Source of the DNA: Armatimonadota bacterium
Lineage (GTDB): Bacteria > Armatimonadota > UBA10988
Length of the DNA: 64,000 nt
NCBI GenBank assembly: GCA_016235455.1
Contig: JACRKZ010000043.1
Span: 38,290-102,289, forward strand
Direction: 5' to 3'
Shown: one piece after another, positions 1 to 8,847 of the stretch
How the letters are laid out: every line of letters begins with the position of its first letter
How positions within the stretch are numbered: the stretch's first letter is position 1
Program-made: the position numbers and the translations under genes
The notes under the pieces: generated by a model
The model's input: only the letters and a program-made list of their open reading frames with translations
Databases searched by the model: none
What the model was told of the DNA's origin: nothing

Positions 1-1063
1 CCGGCGGCGTGGCCACCATGATGATGCCGAGTTCGCCGAGCACATCGGCCTTCTTGGCATAGACTTCCCAGCCGGCGCTGGCCACGCCCGATTCCTTGAA
101 CAGGTAGCCGAGCGTCTTCTCGTTGTTGTCGCGGAACAGCACGGTACCGTCGACGCCGACCAGTTCCTCGGCATTGCCCCAGTGCGAGCTGCCGACAGTC
201 GACTCGACCACGGCGCGCGCGCCGCCGGTGAAGCCGCTATAGGTGGCGAAGCTGGTGTCGGGCACTTCCCAGTTGCTGTCGGCCCAGGTGGTCTGCGCGC
301 CGAAGCCGGTGACGCTCTTGGGCTTGGAGCCCAGCCAATAGTTGGCGATGTCGATCTGGTGGATGCCCAGCTCCCCGATGGGGCCGAGGGAGGTGTCGGC
401 GTAGGCCTGCCAGCTGCGCTCCTTGGCGCGCTCCGGCGTGGCCGCGTTGCGCATCCAGTTGACGCGCATGCGCGCCTGGCTGCGCAGCAGCACCGCCTGT
501 CGGATGGAGCCGTCCACCGTGGCGCTCTTGACCCGCTTGCTCAGCGGATGGCAGCGGCGCTGGAGGCCGGGCTGGAAGACGACCTGCGCGTCGCGGGCGG
601 CCCGGCAGATGGCTGTCAGGTCGTCCATGCTCACGGCCAGCGGGGCTTCGCAGTAGACATGCTTGCCCGCGGCGATGGCGTCGAGCACGATCTGCTTGTG
701 CAGATGGGTCGGCGTGGCGATGATGACGCCCTGGATGGCCTTGTCGTCGAGCACCTTTCTGTAGTCTTCAACAAAGTCGGCCTTGGGGGCCACCTGGGCC
801 ACCTTGCCCTTTTCCACGGCGGCGCTGTCGCATACGGTCTTGAGCGTGGCGTTGGTCACCTTGGCCAGCGAACGGGCAATCTCCTTGCCCCACATGCCGG
901 CGCCGATCAAGCCCAGCTTGACCTCGTGCATCGGCAGCTCGTCCGTTTCCTTGACCGGCTCGCCCTCGGCCGCTACAAGCTTGCTCCCGCTAGCCAACGC
1001 CGCGATCAGCGTGGCCGCCGCGGCGCCTTCCAGGAAGTGGCGGCGCGGTATGTCCTGTCCCAT
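1..1063 (-). CDS. Tat-exported Gfo/Idh/MocA-family oxidoreductase, paralogue 1 (3' end runs off the window)
   Basis: Not in the ORF track. Manual translation from ATG at 1063 (GGAG upstream) gives MGQDIPRRHFLEGAAAATLIAALASG (twin-Arg), GLIGAGMWGK Rossmann motif, IATPTHLH, VYCEAPLA and GELGIHQID. Highly similar to 2493..3755. Confidence 0.9.
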   Translation of the reverse strand, partial: MGQDIPRRHFLEGAAAATLIAALASGSKLVAAEGEPVKETDELPMHEVKLGLIGAGMWGKEIARSLAKVTNATLKTVCDSAAVEKGKVAQVAPKADFVEDYRKVLDDKAIQGVIIATPTHLHKQIVLDAIAAGKHVYCEAPLAVSMDDLTAICRAARDAQVVFQPGLQRRCHPLSKRVKSATVDGSIRQAVLLRSQARMRVNWMRNAATPERAKERSWQAYADTSLGPIGELGIHQIDIANYWLGSKPKSVTGFGAQTTWADSNWEVPDTSFATYSGFTGGARAVVESTVGSSHWGNAEELVGVDGTVLFRDNNEKTLGYLFKESGVASAGWEVYAKKADVLGELGIIMVATPP

Positions 1064-1182
1064 CGTCTCCGTCCTCTCTCGTGCCTCACCGAGCCCGCTC
1101 GGGGTGCTCGCCGGTGCGGTTTGTGACGCGTGCTGCGCGCAAGCGGTTCCCACAGCGCGGCGCGGTGCGGCTCCCGCGACAC

Positions 1183-1191
1183 AGTTTACCA
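1183..1191 (-). promoter_or_regulatory. Possible extended -10 promoter (TGgTAAACT) upstream of Gfo paralogue 1
   Basis: An AT-rich TGnTAAACT motif sits in the otherwise GC-rich 155-bp gap. No clear -35 element. Confidence 0.3.
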
Positions 1192-1218
1192 TGCGCGGGC
1201 AACTGCGCGTGAGGCCGG

Positions 1219-2481
1219 TCAGGCCAGCTTGAAGTCGTCCGGGGCGAAGGTGACCGTCGTGCCGTCGCGCACGGCCCCCGCGGCGCGGATGGCGATGACA
1301 TGCGCGGCGTAGGCGCCCGTCAGCGACTTAGCGGTCGTTGGCGTCTGGCCAGCGAGGCGGTCGACGAACCAGCGCAGGCTGTGCACCAGCGGCGAGGTCC
1401 AGGGCGGCCGGCCGGCCTCGCTGCGCACGATGCTGAACCCACCCTCGTCGGCGCTGCCGCGTAGCACGATGGCCAGTTCGCCCAGCAACTCACGCTTCCG
1501 GGCGTAGATCTCCCAGCCCTGGCGTTGCCCGCTGGGCTCGACGAACCAGTACTGAGCGCTGTGCTCGTCGCGGTCCAGGTACAGCACGGCCCCGTCGCCC
1601 ATGATGACCTCTTCCAGCCGGCCGCCGGCGCTCACCGCGGTGCTCGACTCAACCAGCGTATGGACTACGCCCGGATAGTCCAGGGTCAGCAGCGTGGTGT
1701 CGGGCACGTCCCAGCCCTGGTCGGCCCAGGTGGTCTGCTGGCCAACGCCGCTGACTCGGGTCGGGCGCAGGCCGGTCCAGAAGTTGAGCAGGTCGATCTG
1801 GTGGATGCCGAGCTCGAGCGCCGGGCCCAGCGAGGTGTCGGCATGGATGCGCCAACTGCGCTCGTGGGCTCGCCCTGGCGTGGCTCCGTCGCGCCGCCAG
1901 TTGAACCGCTGGCGCCATTGGCTGCGCAGCGAGACGGGCCGCCAGCCGTCGCCGCCGCCCAGGCTTGTGCTGCGGAACACTTGATACAGAGGGAATCGGC
2001 GCCGCCACAGGCCAGACTCGAGGATGCGCCCGCTGGCCACTGCCGCTCGGCAGATGGCGGCCACGTCGTCGATACTGCCCGCCAGCGGCGCCTCGCAGTA
2101 GACATGCTTGCCCGTGGCCAGGGCATCGACGGCGATCTGGCGATGCTGGTGCGTCGGCGTGGCCACGATGACGCCGTCGATGGCGCGGTCGTCGAGCAGA
2201 CGGCGGTAGTCGGTGACGAACTCGGCCTGGGGGGCCACCACGGCCATCTTGGGCTGCTCGGCCAGCGCGGTGTCGCAGACGGTCTTGAGCCGGAGTCCGG
2301 GAATCTGCGCCGCGGCCCGCGCCAGCTCCTTGCCCCGCAGGCCGGCGCCGATGAGTCCGAGCGTGCACGGCGCGGTGAGCGGCTGGATGGGGCTGTACTG
2401 CGCCGCCGCCCGCCGGGCGCGGGCCAGCGCCGCTGCCAGGCCGACAAGCGTCGCGCCACCGCCGAACTCGCGTCGATCCAT
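1219..2481 (-). CDS. Tat-exported Gfo/Idh/MocA-family oxidoreductase, paralogue 2
   Basis: MDRREFGGG twin-Arg-like leader ending AAA-Q, GLIGAGLRG, VATPTHQH, VYCEAPLA, LELGIHQID. Confidence 0.9.
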   Translation of the reverse strand: MDRREFGGGATLVGLAAALARARRAAAQYSPIQPLTAPCTLGLIGAGLRGKELARAAAQIPGLRLKTVCDTALAEQPKMAVVAPQAEFVTDYRRLLDDRAIDGVIVATPTHQHRQIAVDALATGKHVYCEAPLAGSIDDVAAICRAAVASGRILESGLWRRRFPLYQVFRSTSLGGGDGWRPVSLRSQWRQRFNWRRDGATPGRAHERSWRIHADTSLGPALELGIHQIDLLNFWTGLRPTRVSGVGQQTTWADQGWDVPDTTLLTLDYPGVVHTLVESSTAVSAGGRLEEVIMGDGAVLYLDRDEHSAQYWFVEPSGQRQGWEIYARKRELLGELAIVLRGSADEGGFSIVRSEAGRPPWTSPLVHSLRWFVDRLAGQTPTTAKSLTGAYAAHVIAIRAAGAVRDGTTVTFAPDDFKLA

Positions 2482-2492
2482 GGCGCGCTCCG

Positions 2493-3755
2493 TCAGGCCA
2501 GTGTGAAGTCTTCCTTGGCGAAGGTGACCGTCGTGCCCTCGCGCACGGCCTGGGCGGCGCGGATGGCGATCACATTGGCCTCATAGGCCTTCTGCCAGCC
2601 GACCAGCGGCGCTCCGCCCTGCTCGACCCGCCGCGCGAACGAGCCGAGGCTGTAGTGCAGCGGCTCACCGATGGTCAGCTTGCCTTCCTCGAGCTTGTTG
2701 ATATCGAAGCCGCCCTTGGGCGTAGGTCGCATGATGAAGGCGATCTCGCCCAGCACCGACTCCTTCTTGGCGTAGACCTCCCAGCCCAGTGCCGCGGTGC
2801 CAGGCTCCTTGAATAGGTAACCCAGGCTCTGCTCCTCGTTGTCGCGGTAGAGCACCGTGGCGCCGACGCCCACCAGTTCCTCGGAGTTGCCCCAGTGCGA
2901 GCTGGCGGTGGACGACTCGATGTTGGCTTGGAGCCCGCGTGGGTAGTCGAACTGGCAGATGGTGGTGTCGGGCACTTCCCAACCCTTGCCGACCCATAGC
3001 GTCTGCCGGCCCACGCCGCGTACGCTGGTCGGCTTGCCGTTCAGCCAGTAGTTGGCCACGTCGATCTGGTGGATGCCCAACTCGCCCACCGGGCCGAGCG
3101 ACGAGTCCGCGTAGGCCCGCCAACTGCGTTCCTTGGCGCGCTCGGGCGTGCCGCCATCGCGCATCCAGTTGACCTGCTGGCGGGCATGGGAGTTGAGCAG
3201 GATGGCGGCCTGCAACGAGCCATCCACCGCGGCGCTCTTGACGCGCTTGGTGAACGGATGGCAGCGCCGCTGCAGTCCGGGCTGGAAGACCACCTTGGCC
3301 TCGCGCGCCGCGCGGCAGATGGCGGTCAGATCTTCGGTGGTCACCGCCAGCGGCGCTTCGCAATACACATGCTTGCCCGCCGCCAGCGCGTCCAGCACGA
3401 TCTGGCGATGCCGGTGCGTGGGCGTGGCGATGATCACGCCCTCGATGGCCTTGTCGTCGAGCACGCGCCGGTAGTCGGCGACGAACTCGGCGTCGGGCAC
3501 CACCGTCGCCACCTTGGCCTGCTCGGCATCGGCGCTGTCGCACACCGTCTTGAGCGAAGCGTTGGTCACCTTGGCCAGCGACCGCGCGATCTCTTTGCCC
3601 CACAGGCCGGTGCCGATCAGGCCCAGCCTCACGGGCCTGGTCGGGTACTCATCCTCGAGATCCACGGTCTCCTGGGCCGCCAGCCGGCGTCCGCTGGCCA
3701 ACACCGCGGCCAGCCCGACCAGCGCGGCACCGCCCTGCAACTCACGACGCGTCAT
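2493..3755 (-). CDS. Tat-exported Gfo/Idh/MocA-family oxidoreductase, paralogue 3
   Basis: The true start is MTRRELQGG at 3755, an ATGA overlap with the sulfatase stop. Motifs GLIGTGLWGK, IATPTHRH, VYCEAPLA, GELGIHQID. Confidence 0.9.
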   Translation of the reverse strand: MTRRELQGGAALVGLAAVLASGRRLAAQETVDLEDEYPTRPVRLGLIGTGLWGKEIARSLAKVTNASLKTVCDSADAEQAKVATVVPDAEFVADYRRVLDDKAIEGVIIATPTHRHRQIVLDALAAGKHVYCEAPLAVTTEDLTAICRAAREAKVVFQPGLQRRCHPFTKRVKSAAVDGSLQAAILLNSHARQQVNWMRDGGTPERAKERSWRAYADSSLGPVGELGIHQIDVANYWLNGKPTSVRGVGRQTLWVGKGWEVPDTTICQFDYPRGLQANIESSTASSHWGNSEELVGVGATVLYRDNEEQSLGYLFKEPGTAALGWEVYAKKESVLGEIAFIMRPTPKGGFDINKLEEGKLTIGEPLHYSLGSFARRVEQGGAPLVGWQKAYEANVIAIRAAQAVREGTTVTFAKEDFTLA

Positions 3756-5116
3756 GCCTTGCTCTCCCCTAATGCCGTCGTGTGACGAACATTGGGTAAC
3801 CACTGTTCCTGCCAGCGCTGCTCGATGCCCGCGCGCCACGCACCGGCCGCCGCGCTCAGCCGCGCGGCGACCTCCGGGCAGTCGGCGGCCAGGTTGTGCT
3901 GCTCGCCGGGATCCTGCTCCACATGCGCCAGATGCACCGCGTCCTCGGCCCGCAGCCCTTCTTCGAGCTGGCCGTCCAGCACCAGCTTCCACGGCCCTTC
4001 GCGCACCGCCGTCTGCCGGTCCATCTCCCAGAAGATGGGCCGCGCCGCTGGCTGGGGCAGCGCGCCGCACAGGTAGGGTAGTTGGTTGGTGCCATCGAGT
4101 TCGTAGCCCGCCGCCTCGCCGCCGGCTGCGGCGAGCACGGTGGGGAAGACGTCCATGGAGGCCAGTGGCCCATCCAGCACGCGGCCGGCGGGCAGGCGCG
4201 CGGGCCAACTCATCAGCGCCGGTACCCGGATGCCGCCCTCGAACAGGCTGAACTTGTGGCCGCGGAACCCGCCCGCGGTGCCGCCGTGGTAGGGGTCCCT
4301 CGTGCCGTCGAGCCAGTTGCGCGTCTCGCGACTGGGCCCGTTGTCGCTGACGAACACGATGCAGGTGTCCTCGCGCAGCCCGAGCCGCTCCAGCGTGGCG
4401 ACGATGCGGCCCACGCCGTCGTCGACGACCGCCAGCATGGCGGCCATCACGCGGCGCTCGGGAGGAAGGTGGCTAAAACGCTTCAGATAAGGCTCTGGCG
4501 CGTGCATGGGGTAGTGCGGCGCGTTGTAGGCCACGTAGGCGAAGAACGGCTGGGCGGCCGCGGCGGCATGCTCGATCTGGTCGATGGCGCGGTCGGTGAT
4601 CAGGTCGGTGGCATACTCGCCGTTGAGCCAGACCTCCTCGTTGTTGTCCCACAGGTCGTGGACCGGATCCTGGCCGGGCCCCATGCCCCAGTAGAAGATG
4701 TGGCTGTAGTAGTCGACGCAGCCGGCCAGCAAACCGAACCAGTCGTCGAAGCCCGCGTGGTGCGGCCGGCAGGGCTCGGTCACGCCCAGGTGCCACTTGC
4801 CGCTGAGGCTGCAGCCATAGCCCAGGCGGCCGAGCGCGGTGGCCAGCGTGGGAGCGTCGGCGGTCAGGCCGGTGGCCTGGCGGTGGCCGGCCAGGATGGC
4901 GCGCACGCCGGCGTTGCCGGGGTACCGCCCGGTCAGCAGCGCGGCGCGTGAGGGCGAGCAGACTGGCGAGTTGCTGTACCAGCCGGGCAGCCGGACGCCA
5001 CTGTCGGCCAGGGCGTCGAGGTGCGGGGTGAGCAGATCGGCCGAGCCTTGGCAGCCGAGGTCGCCCCAGCCCTGGTCGTCGGTGAGGATCACGATGAAGT
5101 TGGGTCGCGTGGGCAT
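3752..5116 (-). CDS. Cys-type sulfatase (family S1)
   Basis: RPNFIVILTDDQGWGDLG, CSPSRAALLTGRY signature, GKWHLG, SDNG, and G-K-EGG-RVP. Start at 5116 (alternative 5146). No signal peptide. Confidence 0.93.
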   Translation of the reverse strand: MPTRPNFIVILTDDQGWGDLGCQGSADLLTPHLDALADSGVRLPGWYSNSPVCSPSRAALLTGRYPGNAGVRAILAGHRQATGLTADAPTLATALGRLGYGCSLSGKWHLGVTEPCRPHHAGFDDWFGLLAGCVDYYSHIFYWGMGPGQDPVHDLWDNNEEVWLNGEYATDLITDRAIDQIEHAAAAAQPFFAYVAYNAPHYPMHAPEPYLKRFSHLPPERRVMAAMLAVVDDGVGRIVATLERLGLREDTCIVFVSDNGPSRETRNWLDGTRDPYHGGTAGGFRGHKFSLFEGGIRVPALMSWPARLPAGRVLDGPLASMDVFPTVLAAAGGEAAGYELDGTNQLPYLCGALPQPAARPIFWEMDRQTAVREGPWKLVLDGQLEEGLRAEDAVHLAHVEQDPGEQHNLAADCPEVAARLSAAAGAWRAGIEQRWQEQWLPNVRHTTALGESKA

Positions 5117-5190
5117 GGGAACCGCCTTCGCCACACCTGTCGTCATACCTGCCGAGAGCGCGGGCCCGGCCCGCGTGACCGGAGTGAGCC

Positions 5191-6330
5191 ATGCGGGGAC
5201 GGTGGTTGTGGGCGGCGCTGGTTGTGGCGGTGACGATGGCCGGCGCTCAGCCCAAGGTGGAGGCGCCCTCGGCCGAGGCCAAGGCGGCGTATCAGCAGGC
5301 GTTGGACCAGAAGAAGGCCAAGGCGCTGGACAAGGCGCTGGCCAGTGCCTCGCGCGCGGTGGAACTGGCGCCGGGCTACGTGGAAGCCCACAACCTGCTG
5401 GCCTGGCTGCATGCCGGCCGCAACGACCGCGACAAGGCCATCGCCGAGTTCCGTGCGGTGATCCGCCTGGCGCCCGATAGCCCGCAGGCGGTGGAGGCCA
5501 AGGCCGCGCTCGACCGCTGGCAGGTGCCCCATGTCGACCCGGCGGCGCCCGTTGCGCCGAACCCGCCGAATCCGCCGGTCGCACCGCCCGTCGCGCCGCC
5601 GACCCAGCCGGTCGCGCCGCCGACGCAGCCCGTCGTGCCGCCGGTGAAGCCGGTGCCGCCGGTGAAGCCGGCCGCGGTGGACCCCAATGACCCCGACATC
5701 GTCTGGGCGCCCAAGGAGGACCGGCCGCCGGCTGGCGTGGGCACGATGACCACGCCGGAGCTGTTCAAGAAGCTGGCCGACCTGGCCGCGGCTCGAGCCA
5801 CTGCCAAGAAGTACGAGGAGGCGTTCTGCGCCTACCGCAACCTGCTCGTGCTGGAGCCGACCAACGAGTCCTGGCGTACCGCTGTCGAGGCGCTGCGCGG
5901 CACGCAGCCAGAGCGCCACGACCTGTTGCGGCCCGAGGACCAGATCCGCGCGCGCCGACTGCTGGCCGCGGTGCGTCCGGCCACCGACCTGAAGGACTGG
6001 CCGCGCTTCGAGCGCACGGTGCAGGGCTCGGAACTGCGCATGTTGCTCGACCCGCGCGTGGTGGGCGACGGACGCTACGGCATCGTGCGCTATGCCGGCT
6101 GCGACCCGTATGTGCCGGTGGTCATGTTCTGCGCCACGCCGAGCATCACGGTGCAGGCCTTGCGCGAACTGGTCGGCACGCCGCAGGTCGAGGGCAAAAC
6201 CTGGGATCAGTCGCTGTCGCTGCTGACCTGGGGCCACATGCGCGTCGTGGCCGACAGCGAGGGCAAGGTGCTGTACGTGCTGCGCAAGATGGGCGACCCG
6301 ACACCCGAGGGGCCGACGCTGCCCAAGTAG
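5191..6330 (+). CDS. Secreted TPR protein with Pro-rich linker and unknown C-terminal domain
   Basis: Signal peptide, TPR-like EAHNLLAWLH..AIAEFRAVIRLAP, and PPVAPPVAPPTQPVAPPTQP repeats at about 5545-5670. Confidence 0.75.
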   Translation: MRGRWLWAALVVAVTMAGAQPKVEAPSAEAKAAYQQALDQKKAKALDKALASASRAVELAPGYVEAHNLLAWLHAGRNDRDKAIAEFRAVIRLAPDSPQAVEAKAALDRWQVPHVDPAAPVAPNPPNPPVAPPVAPPTQPVAPPTQPVVPPVKPVPPVKPAAVDPNDPDIVWAPKEDRPPAGVGTMTTPELFKKLADLAAARATAKKYEEAFCAYRNLLVLEPTNESWRTAVEALRGTQPERHDLLRPEDQIRARRLLAAVRPATDLKDWPRFERTVQGSELRMLLDPRVVGDGRYGIVRYAGCDPYVPVVMFCATPSITVQALRELVGTPQVEGKTWDQSLSLLTWGHMRVVADSEGKVLYVLRKMGDPTPEGPTLPK

Positions 6331-6335
6331 CGGCG

Positions 6336-7514
6336 CTACCCTTGCACGGCACGCAGCAGTCGTTGCGCCGCGACGGTCAAGCGGATGGCCGTGTCCGGCC
6401 CCATGCACATGCCGCTCTCGTAGGCGTACCGGTGGTTGCCGAAGTCTTCTCGGTCGAGCACATAGCCCAGTTCATCCTGGGCCAGGCCGACCAGGAACCG
6501 GTACGGCCGCTGCATGAGCCGCTTCCAGCGCCGGCCGACGCGCGGCTGGAGTTCGCCAGGGCAGGTCACCAGCGTGGCATTGCCCAGCGTCAGCGCGGTC
6601 ATGCGGGTGCGGGCCTCACCGTCGCTCGACAACTCGCGCGTCAGCAGGCCCGCGGCCAAGGCGGCGCGGAAGCCGGCCGTTTCCACGGCGACCGCCAGCG
6701 TCTCCGAGGCCAGGTTGAGCGTCAGCCAGTCCGTGCCCTGGCCTTCGCGCGCCACCGCGGCCACCGCCTCGTCACCCACCGCCCCGCCGATGCGCCGCGC
6801 CTCGTCGAAGGTGTCGGCGGCAGCGTCGGTGGTGACCATGGCGCCGAGCGCGCCATTGGCGAACAACGCGATGCCGCCGAGGCTCTCCTCCACGCGTCCA
6901 CGCAGCCCGTGGGCGAAGTCGGAGCTGTAGGCATGGCTGGACGAACGCAGCACTTCGGGGTGGCAGGCCCAGTTGATCAGCGTGGCCAGGCCGTGGCCGT
7001 CACGGTCGGTGAACCGCATGACGCTGATCTCGGGATCGATGCTGGCCGGGTCGCGCAGATTGACCGCGCAGCGCGTCGGCGCGCCGGTGCTCGCCAGCGT
7101 CAGTCGCGCCGGGACGAGCTGCGCCAGCGCTTCGCGGGCCGCTTCGCGCGCGCCGTCCACGATGTGCGTCAGCACCACCTCATCCACGCCGCGCGTGCGC
7201 GGGTCAGGCCCCCACAGTCCGATGGTGTCCGGTCCCGAATGCGTGTGCGTGGCGCAGACGATGACCTGCTCGCGGGGAATGGGCAGGCCGTCGGCGATGC
7301 GGTCGCAGTCGGCGGCCAGCAGCCCGATGCAGTCCACCGCCACTAGCACCAACGGCACCTCACCCACGGCCAGCGCGATGGCGCGCGCCCACAGCGGGTC
7401 GTGCGTGGTCTCGGCGACACGGTTCTGCTCGAATCCGGCCAGCCAGGCGCCCACGGGCGGCGTCACATCCACCGCCGCGGCGCTGGCGCGCAGGGCGCCA
7501 AACGCTGTCACCAA
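6336..7514 (-). CDS. Neutral/alkaline ceramidase N-terminal-domain family hydrolase
   Basis: DVTPP, HDPLWARA, ATHTHSGPD, NWACHP and GLAQDELGY motifs. Confidence 0.8.
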   Translation of the reverse strand: MVTAFGALRASAAAVDVTPPVGAWLAGFEQNRVAETTHDPLWARAIALAVGEVPLVLVAVDCIGLLAADCDRIADGLPIPREQVIVCATHTHSGPDTIGLWGPDPRTRGVDEVVLTHIVDGAREAAREALAQLVPARLTLASTGAPTRCAVNLRDPASIDPEISVMRFTDRDGHGLATLINWACHPEVLRSSSHAYSSDFAHGLRGRVEESLGGIALFANGALGAMVTTDAAADTFDEARRIGGAVGDEAVAAVAREGQGTDWLTLNLASETLAVAVETAGFRAALAAGLLTRELSSDGEARTRMTALTLGNATLVTCPGELQPRVGRRWKRLMQRPYRFLVGLAQDELGYVLDREDFGNHRYAYESGMCMGPDTAIRLTVAAQRLLRAVQG

Positions 7515-7539
7515 GGTAGACGGCTCCTCAGGGTCGCCT

Positions 7540-8847
7540 TCATCCGCCGCACCAGGCTTCCACCTCGTCCGGTTGCTTGGCGATGCCGGCGGTCAGGTTC
7601 TCGTAGCCGTCCGCGGTGATCAGCAGGTCGTCCTCGATCCGCAGGCCCAGCCCGCGCAGATGAGCGGGCAGCTCGGCGTTGTCGGCGGGGAAGTAGAGCC
7701 CCGGTTCCACGGTGAACACGGCGCCCGGCTGGAGCAGCAGTTCGTGGCCGGCATCGTCCAGCCGCGGGCTGGGGTCATGGACATTGAGCCCGATGGGATG
7801 GCAGATGCTGTACGGACAGAACGGGCCGGCCGCCTTCTTTTCCAGCAGTTCATCGCGCGAGCCGCTCAGTGCGCCCAGCGCCAGCAGGCCGTCGGTCAGC
7901 CGGGCCATGGTTGCCTCATGGATGGCGTCCATGCTGCCGCCGGGCCGGGCCAGCGCGAAGCCGGCGTGCATCGACTCCAGCACGATCTGGTAGACGTCGC
8001 GCTGGATGGGCGTGAAGCGGCCGCCGATGGGGAAGGTGCGGGTCACGTCGCACGCATAGTGCCGCGCCTGGGCTGCCGCGTCGATGAGCACCAGGTCGCC
8101 GTCGCGCAGCGGCTGGTCGTTGTTCACATAGTGCAGGACGTTCGCGTTGTCGCCGCTGGCCACGATGGTGCCATAGGCTGGGCCCTGGCCGCCGTCACGC
8201 AGGAACCCGCCGTCCAGAACCGCCTGCAGGTCGCCCTCGGTCAGCCCCGGCCGGCATTCGGCCATGACCCGGCGGTAGGCCGGCTCGGTCACGGCCACCG
8301 CGGCGCGGATGGCCTCGATCTCGGTGTCATCCTTGTAGAGCCGCATCTGCGCCAGCGTCCAGGTCAGGTTGTGCAGCGTCTGCGGCACGATGTCGGCCGG
8401 CGTCTTGGCGCCCACCCGCCGGTTGCACCAGCCCAGCAGCTTGGCCCGCAACGCCGTCTCCTCGAAGACTTCGAGGTACAGGTCGGCATGGCCCCGCAGC
8501 AGCCCCGGCAGTTTCTCGTCGAGCTCGGTCAGGTCGTGGGCCTCGTCGACGCCGACCAGCTCCCGGGCCGCTTCGGCCCCCACGCGCCGGCCCGTCCACA
8601 TCTCCGCCTTGGCATCGCGCGGCAACACGAACAGCGTGCTCTTCGTCTCGCCCTCGCTCGAGCGACTCAGCACCAACACGCCGTCTCGCTCGCTAAAGCC
8701 CGTCAGGTAATGGAATGACGGGCGCGGATGGTAGGCTGTGTCGTGGCCGCTGGGGTTGCGCGGCTCGCGGCCGCACTCCACGACCACGACACCCGCGCCG
8801 ATCCGGTCCAGCAGCCGCGCGCGGCGTTGGGCGTAAGCACTACTCAT
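7540..8847 (-). CDS. pepP: Xaa-Pro aminopeptidase (M24B)
   Basis: AMP_N region (FHYLTGF, EMWTGRR) and metal ligands in IDA..YACDVTRT, HPIGLNVHD, TVEPG and RIEDD. Confidence 0.88.
   Translation of the reverse strand: MSSAYAQRRARLLDRIGAGVVVVECGREPRNPSGHDTAYHPRPSFHYLTGFSERDGVLVLSRSSEGETKSTLFVLPRDAKAEMWTGRRVGAEAARELVGVDEAHDLTELDEKLPGLLRGHADLYLEVFEETALRAKLLGWCNRRVGAKTPADIVPQTLHNLTWTLAQMRLYKDDTEIEAIRAAVAVTEPAYRRVMAECRPGLTEGDLQAVLDGGFLRDGGQGPAYGTIVASGDNANVLHYVNNDQPLRDGDLVLIDAAAQARHYACDVTRTFPIGGRFTPIQRDVYQIVLESMHAGFALARPGGSMDAIHEATMARLTDGLLALGALSGSRDELLEKKAAGPFCPYSICHPIGLNVHDPSPRLDDAGHELLLQPGAVFTVEPGLYFPADNAELPAHLRGLGLRIEDDLLITADGYENLTAGIAKQPDEVEAWCGG

Noticed and set aside
5545-5670. Tandem DNA repeats
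   Set aside because: They are explained by a Pro-rich protein linker and are in-frame and degenerate.
7780-7815. PepP inactivation (YSICH instead of HGxxH)
   Set aside because: All five metal ligands and the other active-site His residues are present, so this is probably ordinary divergence.
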